Below are positions 1 through 5,547 of a DNA stretch of 25,534 nucleotides, piece by piece. The position numbers and the translations under genes are program-made. The stretch comes from a virus (taxonomy: Duplodnaviria; Caudoviricetes), in IMG/VR virus record IMGVR_UViG_3300012953_000200, positions 1-25,534 of that record; one strand, written 5' to 3'. Under the pieces are notes generated by a model. It worked only from the letters and a program-made list of their open reading frames with translations, was not told where the DNA came from and ran no database searches. The number at the start of each line of letters is the position of its first letter. The first letter of the stretch is position 1.

Positions 1-99
1 ATGCTGAGTTTGAACTGTATCGCAGCAGCGTATAAGAAACAGTTCAGGCAAGACAGCGTTCTTATCTCACAAGTCCAAACCAACAACGCATTTATTTAA
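1..99 (+). CDS. 3' end of a probable DUF3574 / phage SAM-lyase-like protein (probably truncated by the window edge)
   Basis: Frame 1 reads MLSLNCIAAAYKKQFRQDSVLISQVQTNNAFI* (TAA 97-99). The segment AYKKQFRQDSVL resembles the C-terminal Y-K-x-x-F-x-Q-[DE]-S-V motif of DUF3574/phage SAM lyase proteins. Only 32 codons are visible and it is not in the ORF track. Confidence 0.5.
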   Translation: MLSLNCIAAAYKKQFRQDSVLISQVQTNNAFI

Positions 100-252
100 A
101 TGACATCATCAACAGCAATCCGTTATTGGACACCCAACGACCAGCGACAGTCCAGGCGTATCACGTTCAACACTTATCAGAAGGCGTTGGACATGCTGGC
201 ATTCTATCAAGGTGCTGGCATAAGGTGTGAAATCATTGCACCTGGATTCTAA
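100..252 (+). CDS. Small hypothetical early protein (50 aa)
   Basis: ATG at 100 directly follows the upstream TAA (TAAATG coupling). It reads MTSSTAIRYWTPNDQRQSRRITFNTYQKALDMLAFYQGAGIRCEIIAPGF* and fills the gap before the next promoter. It is below the ORF-track size cutoff. Confidence 0.7.
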   Translation: MTSSTAIRYWTPNDQRQSRRITFNTYQKALDMLAFYQGAGIRCEIIAPGF

Positions 253-263
253 CAAATTGTTAA

Positions 264-285
264 GGGTGATGGGCAACCGTCACCC
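264..285 (+). other. Stem-loop with GNRA tetraloop, overlapping the -35 region of the downstream promoter
   Basis: GGGTGATGG-GCAA-CCGTCACCC forms a 9-bp stem with one U-G wobble and a GCAA loop. No U-tract follows. Confidence 0.6.
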
Positions 286-298
286 AATCCTCTATAAT
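270..298 (+). promoter_or_regulatory. Sigma70-like early promoter, probably leaderless transcript
   Basis: Perfect TATAAT at 293-298 and weak -35 TGGGCA at 270-275 (17-nt spacer). ATG305 begins after a 6-nt spacer from the -10 box, at the expected +1. Confidence 0.65.
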
Positions 299-304
299 AA
301 GAGT

Positions 305-508
305 ATGAAAAACATTTTTCTTACTAACGCTGCCGCTAGGCGTGACCCTGTTGTTCAAGCAGCAATGGCAGCAATCCTTGAAAGATTTGAGAGGACTGGA
401 TCTTACGATCTCCCCAACCCCTACAACTGCCAACCGCACACAGTAGAGGTTTCACCAGTCAATTTCTTACAAGATGTCATGGACGACTTAGGCGATCCAC
501 GCTTCTAA
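305..508 (+). CDS. Hypothetical early protein (67 aa)
   Basis: ORF-track 227..508, re-started at ATG305 (MKNIFLTNAAARRDPVVQ...). The longer version overlaps the 100..252 gene and runs through the promoter. A terminator follows. Confidence 0.75.
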   Translation: MKNIFLTNAAARRDPVVQAAMAAILERFERTGSYDLPNPYNCQPHTVEVSPVNFLQDVMDDLGDPRF

Positions 509-519
509 CAGTATATCAC

Positions 520-546
520 ACCCTGTCCCAGATGACAGGGTTTTTT
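520..546 (+). terminator. Rho-independent terminator closing the early cluster
   Basis: CCCTGTC-CCAGAT-GACAGGG stem-loop (521-540) followed by TTTTTT (541-546), shortly after the stop at 508. Confidence 0.85.
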
Positions 547-622
547 GTTGGATGCCGATATTGGGGGTGTGCCGAGTGGGACTCCTAACCATTTGAAAGT
601 CTACAAAAGTATCACAACGAGA

Positions 623-630
623 TATAAATA
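623..630 (+). promoter_or_regulatory. T4-type late promoter (gp55/gp33 dependent)
   Basis: Exact TATAAATA in intergenic DNA upstream of the small-gene/structural cluster. Confidence 0.75.
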
Positions 631-688
631 TTTCTGCGAAATTCAAAACTCAAAACCTTGATTTTGAAAAAAATTTTCCAGCAAAAAA

Positions 689-717
689 TTGCCCAAAAAA
701 CCTGAGTATGCTATAAT
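689..717 (+). promoter_or_regulatory. Sigma70-like promoter with extended -10
   Basis: TTGCCC (689-694), a 17-nt spacer, and TG-C-TATAAT (TG 709-710, TATAAT 712-717), preceded by A-tracts that could act as an UP element. Confidence 0.6.
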
Positions 718-736
718 GGAACAAACAAAGGATGAA

Positions 737-958
737 ATGGCACATCAGCAGCTTTTAGAGAATCCGAAGTATGCTGTACACGTGCATGATAGTCAAATCA
801 AACGGATAACCGAATTACTTGAAGAACTTGCAAGTAGAATAGTAACACTTGAAGACAAACTAATAGATTTGGATTTAAATGTAAGATTCAATAAATCACC
901 ATCTCCCGATGATCCGCCCGAACCACCTTCAGGAACAGATTATGGAAGAACAAACTAA
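737..958 (+). CDS. Hypothetical protein with short coiled coil and Pro-rich tail (73 aa)
   Basis: ORF-track 689..958. ATG737 is preferred because AAAGGA precedes it and it lies downstream of the -10 box; ATG716 is an alternative. It contains the heptad-like segment ITELLEELASRIVTLEDKL. Confidence 0.65.
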   Translation: MAHQQLLENPKYAVHVHDSQIKRITELLEELASRIVTLEDKLIDLDLNVRFNKSPSPDDPPEPPSGTDYGRTN

Positions 959-1187
959 TTTACAAGACATACTGAATAACTTTGAGGAATTCTGTGATAA
1001 CTTTGAATACTCAGCAGCAAAACGATTTTCTGGAATAGATAATGAATCAAGACAACCAATTGACAATACAGAAGTGCAACGAGTTACTCCAACAGTTGTC
1101 CGAGAGGTTGACGATGGTGGAACAAAGGGTATTGAACTTAGAGTACCCCCAATTGATGTACAAGCCACCGAAATCCCAGAAGCATGA
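942..1187 (+). CDS. Hypothetical acidic protein (81 aa)
   Basis: ORF-track 909..1187, re-started at ATG942 with AGGA at 931-934. N-terminal amphipathic helix ILNNFEEFCDNFEYSAAKRF. Confidence 0.6.
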   Translation: MEEQTNLQDILNNFEEFCDNFEYSAAKRFSGIDNESRQPIDNTEVQRVTPTVVREVDDGGTKGIELRVPPIDVQATEIPEA

Positions 1188-1263
1188 GAGTATAGCAGAA
1201 ACACTAGATTATATTCATAACAGTATAGAGGAATTAAAGCAATGGCAGTCCCAGGACCAATAG
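1042..1263 (+). CDS. Hypothetical coiled-coil protein (73 aa)
   Basis: Heptad pattern CNELLQQLSERLTMVEQRVLNLE, then LMYKPP...ETLDYIHN, which resembles small conserved cyanophage proteins. Its end overlaps the PAAR start. Confidence 0.65.
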   Translation: MNQDNQLTIQKCNELLQQLSERLTMVEQRVLNLEYPQLMYKPPKSQKHESIAETLDYIHNSIEELKQWQSQDQ

Positions 1264-1595
1264 CAACTGGTGCAAGTACAATAGCAACAGGACATTTATG
1301 TACAGTTACTACTACACTTGATCCATTAACATTATCTAAGACAGTACTTGCAGGTGCTGGTGGAAATTTAATTGCGATTGGTGCAGGTGTAGCAAAGATG
1401 ACTGAGACATTGACTATTTTACATCCAGTTGGTGTGCCACCCCTGTGTACTGGTCTACATGCCATGCCAATCCTTACGGGTATACCAACTGTTTTGGTTA
1501 ACAAGAAACCTGTGGCAGTTGTTGGCAGTCAAGTAGACGCTGGCACAGTCACGAGTGGAGTGGCAACCGTACTTATTGGTACTAAGGGAGTATAA
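1242..1595 (+). CDS. PAAR-repeat baseplate spike-tip protein (T4 gp5.4-like)
   Basis: 117 aa, with GHLC near the N-terminus, H...C...H candidate metal ligands, TVLVNKKPVAVVGS (PAAR-like) and a terminal SGVATVLIG. GAGGA RBS at 1228-1232. Confidence 0.85.
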   Translation: MAVPGPIATGASTIATGHLCTVTTTLDPLTLSKTVLAGAGGNLIAIGAGVAKMTETLTILHPVGVPPLCTGLHAMPILTGIPTVLVNKKPVAVVGSQVDAGTVTSGVATVLIGTKGV

Positions 1596-1632
1596 AGACT
1601 TTCTTAAGTTATACAACAATTGATTATTATAT

Positions 1633-1661
1633 ATGACATCCCTGCATATATAGAATACACT
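1633..1661 (+). promoter_or_regulatory. Possible sigma70-like promoter for the basic peptide gene
   Basis: ATGACA (1633-1638), 17 nt, then TACACT (1656-1661) in the intergenic gap before ATG1677. A near-consensus late box TATAAAGA also lies at 1591-1598. Confidence 0.35.
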
Positions 1662-1676
1662 TTATGAATTTTATTC

Positions 1677-1811
1677 ATGGCAATTATGAATGGTGGGAAT
1701 TATATTCCTGCGAAACCTAAGATAACTCGTCAAGGTTCTTCAAAGAATACGAAGCTTAGTGCGACAGCACGAAATGGGCGTAAGAAAAGATACCGAGGTC
1801 AAGGTAGATGA
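1677..1811 (+). CDS. Small highly basic protein (44 aa) ending RKKRYRGQGR
   Basis: MAIMNGGNYIPAKPKITRQGSSKNTKLSATARNGRKKRYRGQGR*. Its stop overlaps the next ATG (ATGA 1808-1811). The KKRYRGQG ending resembles a small-protein family of marine T4-like phages. Missed by the ORF track. Confidence 0.85.
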   Translation: MAIMNGGNYIPAKPKITRQGSSKNTKLSATARNGRKKRYRGQGR

Positions 1812-2485
1812 CCCCCGACTCCGACCCGAACGCCGAAGACTCCGATATGATTACTGTATTTGGAACTGTAAAGTTCCGTCCAATTCAAAGATTTGGTAAA
1901 ACTATACCAAATTATTTTATCTCCGAAGCGGGAGAACCTTGGAGTACTAAAACTAGTGCTGCTGGTAAACCATTAACTCCCTGCGGTAGAGGAACATATA
2001 GCAAAATAGGTAATAAACCTACAGATTCAAACCATCCAAATTGGTTGAAAGCAAAAAAAGCATATTCTGCTGGTGCAAAAGCGACAGCAGATGGTGCTCC
2101 AAGGAAAGCATACCCTCGTATTAACTGTCTTCTTCCTAAAGACTGGTCTGATGATAATTACGAATATCATTATAATAAGGGTGCTAATTCACGTCAGATG
2201 ACACTAGACATCCATAAGGCAGTTATGGACACTTGGAGACCTATTGATGAGTATCCACCTGATCAGTTAAAGGAAACCTGGAATGACGTTCCAGAGGTCT
2301 GGAGACAGTGGGTTAGGGATACTGTTATCATAGATCATATAGATGGAGATACATGGAATTCTAATGTGGAAAATCTAAGATATTGCACACCAAGAGATAA
2401 TAACCCTTGGATTAAAAAGCATAACGAAGAATCTCTAAATAACACTAGTGACGAGAATCATTGTGATGAAGACCGACAAGAGTGA
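1808..2485 (+). CDS. HNH (H-N-N type) endonuclease, homing-endonuclease-like, with NUMOD4-like N-terminus
   Basis: DIHKAVMDTW and IIDHIDGDTWNSNVENLRYCTPRDNN form the beta-beta-alpha-metal motif. YFISEAGEPWS resembles the NUMOD4 Y-x-V-S-x-x-G motif. The real start may be ATG1847. Confidence 0.85.
   Translation: MTPDSDPNAEDSDMITVFGTVKFRPIQRFGKTIPNYFISEAGEPWSTKTSAAGKPLTPCGRGTYSKIGNKPTDSNHPNWLKAKKAYSAGAKATADGAPRKAYPRINCLLPKDWSDDNYEYHYNKGANSRQMTLDIHKAVMDTWRPIDEYPPDQLKETWNDVPEVWRQWVRDTVIIDHIDGDTWNSNVENLRYCTPRDNNPWIKKHNEESLNNTSDENHCDEDRQE
2435..2441 (+). promoter_or_regulatory. Late promoter (CTAAATA variant) inside the 3' end of the HNH gene
   Basis: CTAAATA about 25 nt upstream of ATG2466; the same motif precedes gp25. 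Confidence 0.55.
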
Positions 2486-2639
2486 CGATTTCATTAAGTC
2501 TGGTAAAAGACTTATAACTGACCAAGATTCAGACAAACTGCTTAGTGGTTTGTCTGAAATCCCCAAACATAATGTAACTAAAATTAATGCTAGAATTTCA
2601 ACACAGGACAGCAACACTATTTCCAACAATTCTGATTGA
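2466..2639 (+). CDS. Small hypothetical protein (57 aa)
   Basis: ORF-track 2448..2639, re-started at ATG2466 (MKTDKSDDFIKSGKRLITDQDSDKLL). It resembles the small DKS-x-x-F-x-x-SG-x-x-LIT proteins seen upstream of gp25 in cyanomyoviruses and has its own late-promoter box. Confidence 0.65.
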   Translation: MKTDKSDDFIKSGKRLITDQDSDKLLSGLSEIPKHNVTKINARISTQDSNTISNNSD

Positions 2640-3318
2640 ATTTAAATTAGAAAATTCAGATGATCTTAATAAATCTATAGTAGAGCATCTCTACGCAGAA
2701 CGAGAAAAGAATCCAAATCCAGAAAATAACTATTCTGCGAATGGACCAAAAGCATGGCACTCTGAAAAGAATTTACATCTAATAGACGAACAGTGGTCAA
2801 GAGATTTATATAATCTTATAGTGAATACTGCTAGTACCTATGCTAATAGGGAAATCCCTGATGATTCCTATGTTGAGTGTTGGGGCATGATTTTACCCAA
2901 TGGTTGCTATTCAAATTACCACACTCATCCAGGATGTAACATTAGTGGTACATATTGGGGACAAGTACCAAAAGAAATGAAAGGTTTGGAAGAAAAGGAT
3001 GGAGAGGAAGTAGGGGGAAGGTTCTGTGTACCTGATCCTAGAAGCGGTGCTTCAGCAGGATTGGATGTTCTACCCACATTTGCTAAATTACCTGTACCTG
3101 GTCATGGTATGACATTCGGTAGTTGGTTACCTCATTGGGTTGAGAGTCACTATTTTGATGAAGATAGAATTGCATTGTCGTGGAATATTACATTAGGACA
3201 TTCTATAGCTGATAATAACAAGCAAGAGAAAAGAAGAGAAAAACCAGGACAAGTTTGGAATGATAAGAAGAAGATAATTACTCCTCCACCAAAAGTTACG
3301 CAGAAAATTATTCTATAA
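2587..3318 (+). CDS. Putative 2OG-Fe(II) oxygenase (TIGR02466-like family)
   Basis: TLFPTIL N-terminus, WGMI...HTHPGCNISGTYW, PDPR and FGSWLPHWVESH...RIALSWN give an H-x-H...H metal triad plus the R-x-x-x-S-x-N 2-oxoglutarate-binding strand. Confidence 0.88.
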   Translation: MLEFQHRTATLFPTILIEFKLENSDDLNKSIVEHLYAEREKNPNPENNYSANGPKAWHSEKNLHLIDEQWSRDLYNLIVNTASTYANREIPDDSYVECWGMILPNGCYSNYHTHPGCNISGTYWGQVPKEMKGLEEKDGEEVGGRFCVPDPRSGASAGLDVLPTFAKLPVPGHGMTFGSWLPHWVESHYFDEDRIALSWNITLGHSIADNNKQEKRREKPGQVWNDKKKIITPPPKVTQKIIL

Positions 3319-3321
3319 TCG

Positions 3322-3328
3322 CTAAATA
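3322..3328 (+). promoter_or_regulatory. Late promoter for the baseplate operon
   Basis: CTAAATA in the 37-nt gap between the oxygenase stop and the gp25 ATG. Confidence 0.7.
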
Positions 3329-3355
3329 ACTACTGACTTCGTATATTGTCGGTAG

Positions 3356-3748
3356 ATGACGACCAAGTTGTCCTTTAAGGACATTAATATCACATTTAAG
3401 AAGCATCCTGTTACTAATGACTTAGTTGTTAGTAGGGATGCTTCTGCTATTAAGCAAGCATTAACTAATTTATTGCTTACTAATAAAGGAGAGCGTCTAT
3501 TCAACCCAAGATACGGATCAAGCATAAGAAGCTATCTATTTGAACCACTAGATTATGGTACTGCAGCTCAAATACAGGCAAATATTGTTTATACTATAAA
3601 CAAATTTGAACCAAGAGTAGATTTAGAGAGTGTTGTTGTAAATCCAAACTATGATAACAATGGTTTTGAATTTGAAATGGTTTATACTATAGATGGTATT
3701 GATGCTCCACCTACTGCGGTAGACTTCTTCCTAGAACGAACGAGATAA
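3356..3748 (+). CDS. gp25: Baseplate wedge subunit gp25 (GPW/gp25 family)
   Basis: FKDINITFKKHPVTNDL, AIKQALTNLLLTNKGERLFNPRYGS, LFEP and FEPRV are characteristic gp25 motifs. It lies directly before gp6. Confidence 0.95.
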   Translation: MTTKLSFKDINITFKKHPVTNDLVVSRDASAIKQALTNLLLTNKGERLFNPRYGSSIRSYLFEPLDYGTAAQIQANIVYTINKFEPRVDLESVVVNPNYDNNGFEFEMVYTIDGIDAPPTAVDFFLERTR

Positions 3749-5547
3749 TGCCATACACTCAATTAAACAATTTAGATTTCGTTGATATCAAAACAACTCT
3801 CAAAGAATACATGAGAGCACAAACTGATTTCACTGATTATGATTTTGAAGGATCAGCAATAAGTCAAATCCTTGATGTATTGGCGTATAACACGTATTAC
3901 ACTGCCTTCAATACAAACATGGTGGTCAATGAGTTATTCCTTGACTCAGCGACTCTCAGAGACAATGTAGTGTCTTTGGCAAAACAGTTAGGATATAGTC
4001 CTAAGTCTGTTACTGCACCTAGTGCTACTATAGATTTAAATTTAACCTTTACTCAATCTGCACCATCAACTGTTGTATATAAAGCTGGTAGTGGATTTGT
4101 AACGAATTACGATGATACCTTATATCGTTTCGTTTTGAATGAAGATTATGAAGTAAGTGTTGATAATAATGTTGCTTCGTTTACTGACATGAAGGTATAC
4201 GAAGGTTCTTTGATGAAAATGACTACATTGGTAAATCTTTCAACGAAGCAAAGGTTTATTATTGAGAATTCTTCGGTTGATACTAATACTATAAAAGTAA
4301 AGGTATATCCTTCTGGAAGTTCTGTTAATTTTGATACCTATAAATTGGCAAATAATATATTAGATATTGGATCAGAAGATAAAGTATTTTTTATTAATGA
4401 ACAAGAAGATGAAAATTACGAGATCTTCTTTGGTGACGGTGTTTTGGGAAGAAAGTTAGAAGATGCTGAAGTAGTTGAGATAACTTATATCATAACAAAT
4501 GGTGTTGCTACTAATGGTGCAAGTAAATTTAAGTTTAATGGTATATTAAATGATGAAAATGGTAATGTAATACAACAACCATTTGCTAATTCTAGTTTAA
4601 CTACGAAGTCTATTGCTTCTGGTGGAGCAGATATTGAAGGTATTGATAAGATTAAATATAATGCTCCTAAGTATTACGGATCACAAAACAGAGCAGTTAC
4701 AGCAAACGATTACAAGGCAATCGTTAGGAACATATATCCAGCAGTTAGTGATATTATTGTATTTGGTGGTGAAGAACAAGAACCACCTTCTTATGGTAAG
4801 GTATTCATTTCTATAAAACCATCTGAAGCATCTAGTTTGTCTTCTTATACAAAGAATGAATTAGTTAAAGAGTTGAAACAATATACTGTTGCTTCAATCA
4901 AACCAGAATTTGTTGATCCTTCAATTCTTTATATTGAGTTAGATAGTAAAATATTTTATAATGGGAATCAAACAAAATTAATAGAACAGGAAATTTCTGC
5001 TAAGGTTGCAACTGGTGTAACTGAATATCTTAAAACATCTGATACAGAAAAGTTTAACGGAAAGTTTAGATATAGTAAATTTATTAGTGTTATTGATAAT
5101 TGTAATACTTCTATCAATTCTAATGATACTAATATCATTATGAGAAAGGATTTTATAGCACAGATAAATGCATCTTCATACTATGAAGTATGTTTCCAAA
5201 ATAAATTCCTTAAAGATTGTGATACTTCGGTTGTTTCATCTACTGGAATGACTGTATTTGAATATCCAGAATATACATCTTATCTAGAGGATAGAGATGG
5301 TAAAATAGTCCTATATAGACTAGATTCCTTAACTGGTGAAAAGATATTATTAAACGATTCTGTGGGAACCGTTGATTATGAAAAAGGCGAAGTTCAATTG
5401 TACGACTTTACTATTTTAAAAGGTACTTATTCTGATAATCGTATTGAATTACGAGTCAAACCTGCCAATAAAGATATTGAAGTTAAACGTGAGGCATATC
5501 TAGACGTAGATGTGTCAAAGAGTAAATTTATTGCGTATAAAGAGTGA
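3748..5547 (+). CDS. gp6: Baseplate wedge subunit gp6
   Basis: LDFVDIK, FTDYDFEGS, LDVLAYNTYY, ELFLDSATLRDNVVSLAKQLGY, YEIFFGDGVLG and QNRAVTANDY. 599 aa, with a TAATG overlap with gp25. Confidence 0.95.
   Translation: MPYTQLNNLDFVDIKTTLKEYMRAQTDFTDYDFEGSAISQILDVLAYNTYYTAFNTNMVVNELFLDSATLRDNVVSLAKQLGYSPKSVTAPSATIDLNLTFTQSAPSTVVYKAGSGFVTNYDDTLYRFVLNEDYEVSVDNNVASFTDMKVYEGSLMKMTTLVNLSTKQRFIIENSSVDTNTIKVKVYPSGSSVNFDTYKLANNILDIGSEDKVFFINEQEDENYEIFFGDGVLGRKLEDAEVVEITYIITNGVATNGASKFKFNGILNDENGNVIQQPFANSSLTTKSIASGGADIEGIDKIKYNAPKYYGSQNRAVTANDYKAIVRNIYPAVSDIIVFGGEEQEPPSYGKVFISIKPSEASSLSSYTKNELVKELKQYTVASIKPEFVDPSILYIELDSKIFYNGNQTKLIEQEISAKVATGVTEYLKTSDTEKFNGKFRYSKFISVIDNCNTSINSNDTNIIMRKDFIAQINASSYYEVCFQNKFLKDCDTSVVSSTGMTVFEYPEYTSYLEDRDGKIVLYRLDSLTGEKILLNDSVGTVDYEKGEVQLYDFTILKGTYSDNRIELRVKPANKDIEVKREAYLDVDVSKSKFIAYKE

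Noticed and set aside
264-285. Hairpin as an intrinsic terminator
   Set aside because: No U-tract follows on either strand. It is kept only as a structural element.
227-304. N-terminal extension of the 227..508 ORF
   Set aside because: It overlaps the 100..252 gene and crosses the hairpin and -10 box. ATG305 fits better.
689-715. TTG start for the 689..958 ORF
   Set aside because: The TTG is the -35 hexamer of a predicted promoter and has no RBS.
929-1504. 191-aa minus-strand ORF
   Set aside because: It is an antisense shadow of three + strand genes including PAAR. It has no recognisable motifs, and every credible gene in the window is on +.
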